Origin: Anaerolineales bacterium
GTDB lineage: Bacteria > Chloroflexota > Anaerolineae > Anaerolineales > E44-bin32
Length of the DNA: 64,000 bases
Assembly: GCA_034430595.1 (NCBI GenBank)
Contig: DAOUEL010000078.1
Coordinates: 141,160-205,159 of the forward strand
Reading direction: 5' to 3'
Shown: positions 43,723 through 54,900 of the stretch, piece by piece
Layout of the letters: every line of letters starts with the position of its first letter
How positions within the stretch are numbered: position 1 is the first letter of the stretch
Position numbers and translations under genes: made by a program
The notes under the pieces: model-generated
Told to the model about the DNA's origin: nothing
The model's input: the letters and a program-made list of their open reading frames with translations, nothing else
Database searches by the model: none

Positions 43723-44946
43723 CTAGAGGGGCGCATTCATTTTCTGCCTGTCCGGGTCTTCGGGCCGATAACGGGCTCTGGCCGGGCTGACGCTGAGCAG
43801 CATGATGGCCGTGATCAGAATCGCTGATGTCAGACACCACGCGCAGCTCGCTCCCAGCACAAACGGTTCGAGGAAGGTCAGGTAAAGCGAGAATAAAGTC
43901 CCCAGCACGCTGGCTGCAAATACGCCAAGCACCGCCGGACGGGCTGCTGCCGGTTGAGCATAGCGGGCAGTTAACCATCCGATAAGAATGACCGCGTATC
44001 CAGCCACGCCGAGGAATCCGTTAGGGATGCCCAACAACAGCCCCGAGTACTCACTCCGGGCGACGGTGTTGCAGTCGCCGACCGGACCACAGGCGGCATC
44101 GTTCCCCGAGACCGCAATATACGCCAGATAGCCGGCGACCACGATCCCTGCAATGGCCAAGGGCGGGATCCAGATCGAGACCGGCTCTGGCCGGCGGGGG
44201 GCGAAGCGCCCGCTCCAGCGCAGGCCGACGGCAAGCACGCTGAGCAGCATGCCGACCAGAACGACAATGGCAATCGAATTGCCGGCAGGGTCGAGCATAA
44301 TGCGCTCACCAAGAGGCAGTTCGGCAGGATTTCGATCCAACGCCCCCGGAAGTGCTGCCGGCTCCTGCGTGGGTGCTGCGCTGGTCGCGCCAGTTGCCTC
44401 TGTCGGTGTGGGTGCTTCCGGAACTTCCTGGCCGGGGAACGGCTGCAAGGCCTCGATATATGCTGCCAACCCGGGGATATCCGGCCAATTGATTCCACCG
44501 CTGCCCAGGGCTTGCTCGGCAATCAGCGGCAGCTGCTCGGGGATATCGACGGACCCGGTAAGAATCGTGTCCTCGATGACGAGCAGAGGAACGACCCAGT
44601 TTTCCTGCGGGATTGAGTAGCGTTCGATCGCCGCAGCATAAAGTGCGTTCCCGAGTTCGCTGGCGGTGTCGACGTAAAGAACCTGGAGTGCGTTGCCCAG
44701 CAACGCAACCAGTGGAGGCGTATCCTCGCTGGTCGGATCGTAATCCTCGCCGTAGAAGTCCCAGGTCACGCTGCTGTTAAATTGCTGCGAGATCTGGGGC
44801 ATGTAGGTCGTGATGACCAGTTGACAGTGCGGGCATGTGGGGGAGTAGAACAAAACCGCTCGAACAACGTCGGTCTGGGCCGCGACCGGGGTGCCGGGCG
44901 CGAGCATGATCACCAGGGTCAGAATTGTGAACGCAATGCGTTTCAT
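43723..44946 (-). CDS. Thioredoxin-like domain fused to vitamin K epoxide reductase (VKOR), disulfide-formation protein
   Basis: Signal peptide, CPHC motif; CGPVGDCNTVARSEY and CAWC VKOR cysteines. Confidence 0.85.
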   Translation of the reverse strand: MKRIAFTILTLVIMLAPGTPVAAQTDVVRAVLFYSPTCPHCQLVITTYMPQISQQFNSSVTWDFYGEDYDPTSEDTPPLVALLGNALQVLYVDTASELGNALYAAAIERYSIPQENWVVPLLVIEDTILTGSVDIPEQLPLIAEQALGSGGINWPDIPGLAAYIEALQPFPGQEVPEAPTPTEATGATSAAPTQEPAALPGALDRNPAELPLGERIMLDPAGNSIAIVVLVGMLLSVLAVGLRWSGRFAPRRPEPVSIWIPPLAIAGIVVAGYLAYIAVSGNDAACGPVGDCNTVARSEYSGLLLGIPNGFLGVAGYAVILIGWLTARYAQPAAARPAVLGVFAASVLGTLFSLYLTFLEPFVLGASCAWCLTSAILITAIMLLSVSPARARYRPEDPDRQKMNAPL

Positions 44947-44989
44947 ATTGGCTCCAAGGGCTGGAAGTGGACTGCAGTATGAGCAGAGA

Positions 44990-45715
44990 TTATACCGTTC
45001 CCCGGGACCGATGCAGATCCCAGAGCCTGCTGCAGGCAGCCTCCAATCTTGACAGCAGCGGTTCCCCTCCTCCGGTTGTTACGTCGTCCTCGTTTTCAAG
45101 GGTGAAGTAAGGGACGTTCACTCCGGCGCTCTCCAGGTAGCCACTCGGGGCGGATGCAAATAACATCCAATCATCCTCCCTGTACAGCCGTTCCATCTTT
45201 TTATCGGACAGACCGTGTTCAAGGATGCTGTCCGGGCGATTCGGGTTATAGCGAGCGCGATTCTTGCGCAGCGATTCAGCATAGGACACCTGGACGTACA
45301 GGCTGACAGCCTGGCCCAGGATCGTTAGCCCCAGGTGTGGGTAGGCTTGGCGATAGCCGCCGTGGGAGGCGCCGCGCGAGAATTCGATCACCACGGTGTG
45401 CATACTGCCGTTGTCCCGCCGGTACTTCTCATACTCCTGGGCCAGGCGGCGAATGAGCAGGTGCCAGTAATCATCAGTCAGGAAGTAGCCATCTGGTGTC
45501 GTGTACAGACGGGGACGCTGGAAGACGGTTTCCAGCAGCATATCTTCTTCGAACCATGTCCACAGCATGGGGAAGTCGTCCAGGATGTATATCGGACCGA
45601 TGTGAAATTGATCGAGGCGCTCCTGATCCGGGATTTCGCGCAGGGCATGGATGATCTCGCTTTTTCCGGCAGCCGGACGGGCGTTAAGGATCAAGATTGG
45701 AAAGTGGGATTGCAT
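44990..45715 (-). CDS. Uncharacterised P-loop (NMP-kinase-like) protein
   Basis: ILILNARPAAGKSE Walker A variant, LDDF, VVIEFSRG, lid-like SLRKNRAR. Confidence 0.65.
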   Translation of the reverse strand: MQSHFPILILNARPAAGKSEIIHALREIPDQERLDQFHIGPIYILDDFPMLWTWFEEDMLLETVFQRPRLYTTPDGYFLTDDYWHLLIRRLAQEYEKYRRDNGSMHTVVIEFSRGASHGGYRQAYPHLGLTILGQAVSLYVQVSYAESLRKNRARYNPNRPDSILEHGLSDKKMERLYREDDWMLFASAPSGYLESAGVNVPYFTLENEDDVTTGGGEPLLSRLEAACSRLWDLHRSRGTV

Positions 45716-45809
45716 TAAGTTCTCCTCGCAAATTGAAGGACAGCGGTTCCATTCTGGTGTGCTTGTCCGGAGAGGTCAAGTCCCATCGGTGAGCGCCTCT
45801 TGGGCTGCA

Positions 45810-45818
45810 TGGTAGAAT
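45810..45818 (+). promoter_or_regulatory. Extended -10 element upstream of the HIT-LOG-DinB-sbcDC run
   Basis: TG-G-TAGAAT 70 bp upstream of the HIT start. Confidence 0.4.
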
Positions 45819-45887
45819 GACGACGCGGTCAGGCTTTTGCCGACGAACGATCACCAACCTCCGTACCAAAAAGGAGCCAGCCTCTGA

Positions 45888-46352
45888 ATGAACGTCGAGG
45901 ACAATTGTGTCTTTTGCGGCATCGCCCGCGGCCAGAGTGAAGCGAGTTTCATTTATCAGGATGAGCTTGTTTCCGCATTCATGGATCTTTTTCCGGTAAC
46001 GCCAGGGCATATTCTGGTCATTCCCAACGAGCACTTTCAGGACTTCAGCGACGTCGAACCGGATACGGCTGGGCGCATGTTGATTCTAGGAAGGGCGCTG
46101 GGGGAAGCGCTGCGAAAGAGCGGCTTGCAGCTGGAGGGAATCAGCTACTTCCTGGCCGAGGGTGCGGCCGCGGGCCAGGCGGTGCCCCATGCACATCTGC
46201 ACATCATTCCGCGCTTCCCTGGCGATGAATGCGGACTGCGGCTGCACACGGGCCTCCCCCGCAGGGCAACGCGTGACATCCTTGAGGTGCATGCACAGAG
46301 CATCCAGAATCTGCTTCCGGGCGATGTGATGTCCAGCGCCGGCCAGGCCTAG
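45888..46352 (+). CDS. HIT-family nucleotide hydrolase
   Basis: CVFC, PVTPGHILVIP, QAVPHAHLHIIPR histidine triad. Confidence 0.93.
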   Translation: MNVEDNCVFCGIARGQSEASFIYQDELVSAFMDLFPVTPGHILVIPNEHFQDFSDVEPDTAGRMLILGRALGEALRKSGLQLEGISYFLAEGAAAGQAVPHAHLHIIPRFPGDECGLRLHTGLPRRATRDILEVHAQSIQNLLPGDVMSSAGQA

Positions 46353-46360
46353 GGGGCGAC

Positions 46361-46954
46361 ATGCCGGTAGGGCGTATTTGTATTTATTGCGGTTCAAGCG
46401 ACCAATCCAATTCGACCTACTTTGATGCAGCCCGAAAGATGGGAGAGGTGTTGGCTAGCCGCTCGATCACGCTTATCTACGGCGGAGGCAGGACAGGTAT
46501 GATGGGCATCCTGGCCGATGCAGTGCTGGAGAATGGGGGCCAGGTGATTGGCATCATTCCAGAGTTATTCGATACTCCAGCCCTGGTGCACCGCGAGCTG
46601 ACGGAGCTGCAAGTCGTCCGATCGATGCACGAGCGAAAAGCGCGCATGGCCGAGACGGCAGATGCCTTTGTCGCTCTTCCGGGTGGTTTCGGCACATTCG
46701 AGGAGTTGTTTGAGATCCTGACCTGGTCACAAATCGGGCTCCACCGCAAGCCAATCGGTATTTTGAATGTGGACAGTTACTTCGACCCCCTGCTGGCCTT
46801 GATCGATCACGCACGCTCAGAAGGCTTCATCTACAGCGAACATACCGACCTTTTGATCAATGAACATGAGCCCACTGAGCTGCTGGATCGCATTGAAGCT
46901 TACACGCTTCCCCCGGGCCTGGATAAATGGGTTCATCGGAAGGAGGGGCTATGA
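46361..46954 (+). CDS. LOG-family phosphoribohydrolase (TIGR00730-like)
   Basis: ICIYCGSS, YGGGRTGMMG, MHERKARM, PGGFGTFEE. Confidence 0.93.
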   Translation: MPVGRICIYCGSSDQSNSTYFDAARKMGEVLASRSITLIYGGGRTGMMGILADAVLENGGQVIGIIPELFDTPALVHRELTELQVVRSMHERKARMAETADAFVALPGGFGTFEELFEILTWSQIGLHRKPIGILNVDSYFDPLLALIDHARSEGFIYSEHTDLLINEHEPTELLDRIEAYTLPPGLDKWVHRKEGL

Positions 46955-47415
46955 ACGCGGCGCAGTTCTTCGACCAGTGGATTCCGGTCTGGCGTGATCT
47001 GGTGCTCGCAGTCTCGATGCTCAAGGACGAAGAGCTTAAGTTCGTTCCCAGTGAGCACTACGCCCGCAGCGTCGGGGATATCCTGCGCCACATCATCAAC
47101 GTCGAACGCGGCTGGATCCATTACGTGATCCGCCGGCAGTACGAATCCTGGCCGGACGAGGATGCGCGGGCGCTTTCCAGCGTTTCGGCTTTGCGGGCGG
47201 AGATGGAGCGGGTGCACGCAGCGACGATGGATTACCTCGAATCGGTCGATGTAGACGAATTCACCCGCATCGTGCAGGTACCAGGGGACGGCACACCCAA
47301 ATTGGCCTGGATCCTGTGGCACGTCTTCGAGCAGGAAATCCACCACCGCGGGGAACTATATCTCTGCTTGAGCTTGCTGGGATATGACCGGCCAAAGACA
47401 AACCGGCCGGGTTGA
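46951..47415 (+). CDS. DinB-superfamily protein
   Basis: SVGDILRHI...ERGW, EQEIHHRGEL; ATGA overlap with the LOG stop. Confidence 0.85.
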   Translation: MNAAQFFDQWIPVWRDLVLAVSMLKDEELKFVPSEHYARSVGDILRHIINVERGWIHYVIRRQYESWPDEDARALSSVSALRAEMERVHAATMDYLESVDVDEFTRIVQVPGDGTPKLAWILWHVFEQEIHHRGELYLCLSLLGYDRPKTNRPG

Positions 47416-47451
47416 GTTCCAGGATGCTGCTGGCGAGATGAGAGAAATCCG

Positions 47452-48669
47452 ATGAGCGCAGTTATCCGCATGCTCCATTTTGCCGATATCCACATCGGCA
47501 TGGAAAACTACGGCAGTCTCGATCCAAACACCGGTACCTCAAGCCGGGTGTTCGATTTCCTGCAGCGTCTGGATGAAGTGATCGATTACGCTCTAGCAAA
47601 CGAAGCCGACCTGGCCGTGTTTTCGGGCGATGCCTTCAAGGATCGCAATCCAGAACCCACCCAGCAGCGCGAATTTGCCCAGCGTATCAAACGCCTGGCG
47701 GACGCAGTGCCCACGCTGCTGCTGGTGGGCAACCATGATATGCCGGGCATGGCAGTGAAAGCGAACAGCCTCGACATCTTCCGTGCACTTGAAGTGCCGG
47801 GTGTTATCGTCGGCTACCGCGACGAAGGCCGTGTGATTGAAACCCGGCATGGTCCGGTCTTCCTGGCCTGGATGCCGTATCCGATGCGCAACCGGCTTAT
47901 GTCCTGGAAGAAGTACCAGGGCAAATCGATCGACGAGCTCAATCAGGGACTGCGGAGCGAAGTCGCCGGACGGTTGGAACAGCTTGCGGAACAGGCACGG
48001 ACGATGGATATGCCGCGCGTCCTGGCCGGTCACTTCGGGGTCGATACAGCCCGCTTCGGGTCGGAACGTTCCGTTATGCTCGGACGGGATCTACCGCTGC
48101 TGACCTCAATGGTGACCGATGAGGCCTGGGATTATGTTGCCCTCGGTCACATTCACCGGCACCAGAATTTAAATCCGGCCGGCTACCCGCCTGTCGTCTA
48201 CAGCGGTTCGCTGGAACGGATCGATTTCGGCGAGGAGGCGGAAGAGAAAGGCTTCTGCTGGGTCGAATTGAAGCGTGGTGAAACAGAGTGGCGTTTTGTG
48301 CCCGTTGCCGCCCGACCGTTTATCACGTTGGATGTCGATGTGCGTGAGTCGAAGGACCCAACGGCGGATGTGCTCTCAGCCATTGCCGGGCGTGACCTGG
48401 AGGGCAGCGTCGCACGCGTGCGCATCCAGCTTACAAATGATCAAACCAGATTGTTGGACGAACGTCCAATCGAGACCGCTCTAAAGCCAACGGCAAATTT
48501 CATCATTGCCCGTGAGCTTGAGATTGAAGCCCGCAGCCGGCTTGGCGACCTGGCTCCGGAGGAGCTTACGCCATTTGAGTTAGTGGAGCGCTACTTCAAG
48601 AGCCGTGACGTCGAACCCGAAAGGCTCGCTGAGCTGATGGAAAAAGCTGGGGAGCTGCTGCATGAATGA
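47452..48669 (+). CDS. sbcD: Exonuclease SbcD (Mre11 family)
   Basis: ADIHIG, GDAF, VGNHD, ALGHIH, YSGSLERIDFGE. Confidence 0.93.
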   Translation: MSAVIRMLHFADIHIGMENYGSLDPNTGTSSRVFDFLQRLDEVIDYALANEADLAVFSGDAFKDRNPEPTQQREFAQRIKRLADAVPTLLLVGNHDMPGMAVKANSLDIFRALEVPGVIVGYRDEGRVIETRHGPVFLAWMPYPMRNRLMSWKKYQGKSIDELNQGLRSEVAGRLEQLAEQARTMDMPRVLAGHFGVDTARFGSERSVMLGRDLPLLTSMVTDEAWDYVALGHIHRHQNLNPAGYPPVVYSGSLERIDFGEEAEEKGFCWVELKRGETEWRFVPVAARPFITLDVDVRESKDPTADVLSAIAGRDLEGSVARVRIQLTNDQTRLLDERPIETALKPTANFIIARELEIEARSRLGDLAPEELTPFELVERYFKSRDVEPERLAELMEKAGELLHE

Positions 48670-48720
48670 GGCATGCAGTGAACACACCGCCTACGGGCTG
48701 TCCGGTTTCGTGATCCGCCG

Positions 48721-50814
48721 ATGATCCCGCTCGAACTTGAACTGAAGAACTTTCTCGCCTACCAATCCCCCCCGCCGCTTAACTTCGAGGGCGTGCATGT
48801 CGCTTGCCTGGCAGGCGAAAATGGGGCAGGAAAATCATCTCTGCTGGACGCAATCACCTGGGCGCTCTGGGGGCGTGCTCGCAGCAACAGCCCCGATGAC
48901 CTAATTCACCAGGGGAAGACCGAAATGCGGGTAGCGCTCACTTTTGCGCAGGGGTTGGATCGCTACCAGGTCATCCGTCAACGAAAGGCCGGCAAGCGCG
49001 GCACGTCGGTGCTTGAGTTTCAAGTCTGGTCTCCCGAAAGCGAGTCATGGCGCGGCCTGTCAGGATCGGCAATTCGGGAAACACAGCAGCGGATCGATGA
49101 ACTGCTGCGCCTGGATTACGAAACCTTCACCAACTCCGCTTTCCTGGTCCAGGGCCAGGCTGATGCTTTTACGACCAAGACACCGACCCAGCGCAAGCAG
49201 GTGCTGGCAAATATTCTCGGCCTCGGGATCTGGGAAGTCTACGAAGCCCGCGCCCGGGAGCGGATCAATACGACCCAGGCTGAAATCCAGCGTCTTGAGG
49301 GGAGCCTGGAAGAGATCCAGCGTGAGCTGTCTCACCGGGGGGAATACGAAGCCGAACTGGAAGGGGCGAGCAAACTGGCCGAGCAGGTGGGGCTCAAGCT
49401 GGCCGAGGCCGAGAAGCAGTGGGCCGACCTGGAGGGAGCGCGTGCCGAAATGGTCAGCCTGCAGCGCGGGATCGATGATCTGACCCGGCGCATCAGCAAC
49501 CGCCAGAACGAGCTGGCTGAGCTTTCCAAAGAACGGGCAGAGCTTCGGGCACGAGCTGACGGGAGTGCGGTCGAGGCAGCGCTGGCCGAGATTACTGAGA
49601 ATCTCGAGACTCTGGCACCGCTCCAGGAGCAGTTCGACGAGCTTGGTGAGCGCAGGGCAGCGCTTTTAGAGCAAACCGCCAGCTTGCGAGGTATGAACGA
49701 GGCGCTCGGTCCGGAGACCGAACCTTTGAAGGCACGCCTGCAGACTCTGGCGCAAGCGGATCAGCCCATCTGCCCGACCTGTGCCCAACCGCTGACCGAA
49801 GGGCACCGCCATGACCTGGTCCAGGAGCTCGAGGGTGAAATTGCGATCCGCCGAGAACAGTATCGCGAAAACCGGGAGCAGATTGCCGAGCTCGAGACAG
49901 ACCTAGGCCAGGTGCGCAAAGAACAGTCCGGTCTGCAGGTGCGGTTGAAAGAACGCCCAGCGCTGGAAAAGCGATTGGGGGAACTGCAGGCCGCGCGGGC
50001 GCATGTCGACCAGGCGCAAAAACAGCTGGAGGTGCTTGAAGAACGCATTCAGCGCTGGGAGGTGGAGCTTGGGGCTGATATATCCCGGCGGGAGGAACTC
50101 GAGAAGAGCATCAAAGCCAGTGAGAGCCGGGTGCAGGCCGCGGCGCTGACTGAAGCGGACCTAGAACAATTGCGGCGGGAAAAGCGAATGTCCGATGAGC
50201 GTGTGGGGGGCGCACGGCAGAAATTAGCGGCGCTGAATTCGTTCGAAAAACAGCGCACGGAACGGCAGGCAGCGCGGCAGCGCTGTGCAGTCGATCTCGG
50301 AACCTACGAAGCGCTGCGCGATGCATTCAGCAAGCGCGGTGTGCCGGCCATGATCATTGAAACGGCCGTCCCGGAGCTCGAGCGTTCGGCAAACGAGCTT
50401 CTGGCGCAGATGACGGATGGCCGGATGCACGCCCGCATCGAAACACAGCGTGAGATCAAGACCGGGGAGCTGCGCGAGGCGCTCGACATCATCATCTCCG
50501 ACGAGCTAGGGAGCAGGCCATACGAAATGTACTCCGGCGGCGAGGCGTTCCGCATCGATTTTGCGATCCGGATTGCCCTCTCGCGCATGCTTGCCCGGCG
50601 GGCAGGAGCCCAACTACGCAGCCTGTTCATCGATGAGGGGTTCGGAACCCAGGACACTCGCGGCCGAGAGCATCTTGTTTCAGCCATAAACAGCATCCAG
50701 GATGACTTCGACCTGATCCTGGTTATCACGCACATCGATGAACTGAAAGAAGCTTTTCCGGCTCGCATCGAAGTCACCAAAACCAGCCAGGGTTCAACCT
50801 ACCAATTTGCCTGA
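48721..50814 (+). CDS. sbcC: SbcC/Rad50 SMC-family ATPase
   Basis: Walker A GENGAGKSS, coiled coils with CPTC zinc hook, YSGGE signature, LFIDEG, ITH. Confidence 0.93.
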   Translation: MIPLELELKNFLAYQSPPPLNFEGVHVACLAGENGAGKSSLLDAITWALWGRARSNSPDDLIHQGKTEMRVALTFAQGLDRYQVIRQRKAGKRGTSVLEFQVWSPESESWRGLSGSAIRETQQRIDELLRLDYETFTNSAFLVQGQADAFTTKTPTQRKQVLANILGLGIWEVYEARARERINTTQAEIQRLEGSLEEIQRELSHRGEYEAELEGASKLAEQVGLKLAEAEKQWADLEGARAEMVSLQRGIDDLTRRISNRQNELAELSKERAELRARADGSAVEAALAEITENLETLAPLQEQFDELGERRAALLEQTASLRGMNEALGPETEPLKARLQTLAQADQPICPTCAQPLTEGHRHDLVQELEGEIAIRREQYRENREQIAELETDLGQVRKEQSGLQVRLKERPALEKRLGELQAARAHVDQAQKQLEVLEERIQRWEVELGADISRREELEKSIKASESRVQAAALTEADLEQLRREKRMSDERVGGARQKLAALNSFEKQRTERQAARQRCAVDLGTYEALRDAFSKRGVPAMIIETAVPELERSANELLAQMTDGRMHARIETQREIKTGELREALDIIISDELGSRPYEMYSGGEAFRIDFAIRIALSRMLARRAGAQLRSLFIDEGFGTQDTRGREHLVSAINSIQDDFDLILVITHIDELKEAFPARIEVTKTSQGSTYQFA

Positions 50815-50931
50815 TTGAGGCCAGGTTATACAAGACACCCCGGGCGCCGGTTTCCATCGAACCCAGACCGGCGGCCCTGTGTTTATTTCCATGAGTCCTG
50901 GCACAATCCGCTAGGGCTTTTCGGAGGGAAG

Positions 50932-51939
50932 ATGCGAGTAATGATCGCCGGTGGGACCGGCTTTATCGGCCGATATATTAGCCGCTTTGCACTTGAGCGG
51001 GGCTGGGATGTCAACCTGTTGGTGCGCAACCCGGCCAGCCCTGCCGCACGTGCTCTGGAGGAGCGAGGTGCACACCTGGTCGCGGGTGACATCACAAAGA
51101 AGGAATCCCTGCAGGCCGCCTTTAAAACCGTACAGCCTGATGTGTATATGCATAATGCGGGCTGGTACGAGCTGGGCATCCCGCGCGGCAAGCACGAGGC
51201 AATGCGCCGAGTAAACGTCGACGGTCTCGCCAATGCATTGGCTGCGGCCGAGGAAGTGAATGTAGAGCGTGTGATTATGACCTCCAGTACGACCGCCCTC
51301 GGAGACACCGCCGGCCAGCTAGTTGAAGAGGGCTTTCAACGCACCGCGCAACCCTCGAGTTGGTACGAGCGCACGTTAATCGAGGCACGCGAGCTGGCCG
51401 ACGGCTATCGAGAACGGGGTTTTCCCTTAATCCTGGGCTGTCCTGCTCAGGTCATCGGCCCAGGCGATCACTCAACCTACGGTCACTTGTTCCGGCTCTA
51501 CCTGCGGCGCTTGCTCCCACCTACGGTCTGGGGGCCGGGAGGTGCCTTCTCCTTTGTTCATGTCGAAGATACGGCTCACGCGCTGCTCGGGCTGGTCGAG
51601 CATGGCTCACCGGGCGGTGAGTATTTCATTGCGGGGAGTGTGATGACCAACCGCGAGATGCTTTCGACCTGGGCTGAAGGGCTGCACCGCAGGACTCGCT
51701 TCCTGTGGCTGCCTTATCCGATTGCGCTGGCTGCTGGCCTGGCAGCGACCCCTTTACTACGCCTGTCGGGGCAGCCCGCATTCATCTCGGCCGAGGTTGT
51801 GCGTTCAAGCTGCGCCTCATTTCGCTACCGGGCGGATAAGATACAGCAGACGACCGGGGTGAAACTCAGGAGTGCAAGGCAGGCTTGGCTGGACACAATT
51901 GAGGCTGAGCGTGGTATTCTGTCGACGGGTACGCGTTAG
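50932..51939 (+). CDS. NAD-dependent epimerase/dehydratase (extended SDR)
   Basis: GGTGFIG, HNAG, SSTTALG; ATG 50932 after GGAGG. Confidence 0.88.
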   Translation: MRVMIAGGTGFIGRYISRFALERGWDVNLLVRNPASPAARALEERGAHLVAGDITKKESLQAAFKTVQPDVYMHNAGWYELGIPRGKHEAMRRVNVDGLANALAAAEEVNVERVIMTSSTTALGDTAGQLVEEGFQRTAQPSSWYERTLIEARELADGYRERGFPLILGCPAQVIGPGDHSTYGHLFRLYLRRLLPPTVWGPGGAFSFVHVEDTAHALLGLVEHGSPGGEYFIAGSVMTNREMLSTWAEGLHRRTRFLWLPYPIALAAGLAATPLLRLSGQPAFISAEVVRSSCASFRYRADKIQQTTGVKLRSARQAWLDTIEAERGILSTGTR

Positions 51940-54900
51940 TTCAAAGCGTCGGGAGGTCCTTCAACCGGCAGCCAGACGGCAAAGCATGAGCCCTGCCCGA
52001 GGCCGCCGCTGTAGACGTGGATATGCCCTCCATGGCGTTCGGCGATCTCATGGCAAATTGCCAGCCCGAGGCCGGTACCAGGAGCCCCCGTCTCCTGGCT
52101 CGCCGTCCCACGGAAGAACCGCTTGAAGATTTCGCTCTGTTCACCCGGCGCAATGCCCAGGCCGGTATCCTCGACTTCTGCTATGACCCACGCTGTCTGA
52201 CCCTCGTGGTGGACTCGAGACCGAAGCGTGATCTGTCCGCCTTCTGGAGTGTAGTTCATGGCATTTGTCAGCAGGTTGGTGAAGACCTGGCCCAGCAAGC
52301 GTTCATCGCCGAGGATCGTTGGAACACCTTCGGCAGCCTGCAAGTTGAGCTGCAGCTCGCGTTCAGCTGCGAGCGATGACCGGTCCTGTACCAGGGCGTC
52401 AAGCAACTGATTGACATCGACCGGCCGGGCGTAGAGCGGCGAGGCACCCACATCAAGCCGCGAAAGAGAGAGCAGGTCATCGATCAGGTTTGCCAGGCGG
52501 TCGCTCTCGCGTGATAGTGTTTCCAGATAGCGTGTAACTTTTTTCTGGTCACGCACCCGTTCCAGCAAATCCAGATAGAGCCGTATATTGGTCAGCGGTG
52601 TGCGCAGTTCGTGCGAAACATCGGAGACGAACTGCGATTTCAGCCGGTCGAGCTCCTTCAATGCGCTGATGTCATGGTAGACACTGACGTAGTTGAGGAC
52701 CGCATTGTCCGGCCCGACGACAGGCGTGATCGTTAATGCCGCCTCATAGGTGCTGCCGTCTTTGCGCATGTTGACGACCTCGGCCTTGAAGGTGTCGCCG
52801 GCTTCGATCGTGGCCAGCATCGATTTGTAGAAGTCATCGCTCTGTTTCCCGGTGCGCATAAAACTTGGCGTCTTGCCGAGCACTTCGCTGGAACGATAGC
52901 CGTTCAAACGCTCCCAGGCCGGATTGACGAATTGAATTAAGGCCTCGCGATCCGTTACCATCACCGCATCGCCAACGTGGGTGAGCATGGCGTCCAGCCG
53001 GTCGCGCTCCGCTTTCAGTGCCTCCTCCAGGGTGATGCGTTCAGAGATGTCCGTCACCAGCCCCGTCAGCCCTTGCGGTTGACCTGCCTCGTCCAGGATC
53101 AAGCTCACGCCAACCATGGCCGGTATTTCGTGTCCAGAACGGGAGCGGAAGGTCGTCTCGTACACATCGGCCTGTGGTAGGTCGCCGCTCAAGCGAGAGT
53201 GGAAGCGCTGCAATGTTTCCTGCAGGTGCTGCTCATCAAGGAAGCCGCTCTCCTGGAATTCTTGCCCGACAATCTCGTCCACCGGGGCCTCGGCCATGCG
53301 TGCCAGCGCCTGGTTCGCATACAGAATGATGCCTTCAGCGCTGATCTGGAATATTCCGGATTGGGCTGTCTCAACCAGCGAGCGATAGCGTGCTTCTGAC
53401 AGTGCGAGTTCACGCGTGCGTTCCTCAACCTGGCGTTCAAGGCGCTGGGCTTGTGCTTCGATCTGTCCGTAGAGGTGCGCATTTTCGATCGAGACCGCCG
53501 CCTGGGCCGCAAAGGCCCGCAGGAGGTCAAGCTCGTCGGAGGTAAAAGGCCGCTCCAACCCAAGGCGCCGGACGGTCATCGCCCCCAGGGTGCGCTGGCG
53601 GATGGAGAGCGGGACGATAGCTAGGCATTCGAGCTCGTCTTCCTGGGTACCGGGGACTTGAATGCCGCGCGGATCTCGGGATGGATCGTTTATCATCAAA
53701 GATTGTCCGCTCTCGACCACGTGGCCAGTCAAACCCTGGCCGAGCGGCAGATCGAAATTCATGATCGCTCGAGCATTAGGTTCGAGGGCTACCACGCAGC
53801 GCAGGGCATTTTCGGTGTAGTCGACGAGATGGATACGGCTGCCGTCGCCGTTCAATAGGTCATTTGCCTGACGGGCAATCTCGTTCAGCACGGTCTCAGT
53901 ATCAAGCGATGATGAAATCGAACGGGCGGTGTTGATCAAGGTCTGGGCTTCCTCTGCCCGCCGCTGGGCCTGGCTGAAGAGCCGGGCGTTGCGCACGGCG
54001 ATTGCCGCCATGCTGGCGATGGCCTGGGCTTGTTCGATTTGTTCTGAACCAAAGTGCTGTTTGTCAGCGAAGCTGAACAGCCCGAGTCCGCCGATCGCTT
54101 CCTCCCCGATCATCAGCGGCACACCGAGGAAGGCCTGCGCCCCTGCTTCCACCCAGTCATCGAATGCGAACGGCACTTCGCTGTAGGCCGGTACGAGGAT
54201 CGGCCGCTTGCTTTTAACGAGCTGCCGGGCGAAGCCGCCCTTGAATTCTGCGGCTCGATCAGCCCCGTTCGCTGGGAGTCCGATTACGCACGGGTAGCTT
54301 ATCTGCTCGGGGTTGTTCTCAACCATGCCGATCGCGCCCGCATCGGCGCCAATCACTTCAAGTGCCAGGTGCACGATCGCTTCGAATACCTGGTCGGTTG
54401 CCCGCGCGCTGGCGACCTCTTCGATCACCTGGTTTCTCAAGCGCTGCAGCTGCAGCGATCGCTCAAGCTTCTGGCGTGCTCTCACCTGACCAAGGGCGAT
54501 CGCGATGTGGTCGGCCAGGGCGGCGACCATCGGGGTATCTTCTACACTGAGCCAATCCGCCACCACGTTTAATGTGCCGATCACGTCGTCGCCGAGGAGC
54601 AGCGGAGCCAGGATCACATGTTCATCCCCGAGGACCTTCATCACCTGCTTCAGCAGGGGCTGCAGAGCCTGAGGCATCAATTGGGCGACAATTGCTGAGC
54701 GGTCTTCCGTGAAGAGCGGTTCGCGGCTTTTGATTACTCTGGAATAGAGGTCTACGGTGGATGGGTCGAAGCTGTATCCGGCTGGAGATAAGCCGGTGAT
54801 GCGGTGCAGCGACTTGATGATGGGCGGAGGCAGTGAGGGAGTGCTGACCTCGAGCTGGCCGTTCTCATCAAGCAGGGCAACTGTACCGCGCAGTTTGAGG

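Noticed and set aside
48721-50814. SbcC seems short (697 aa), possible truncation
   Set aside because: Both ATPase halves and a central CPTC hook are intact and in frame; coiled-coil length varies in this family.
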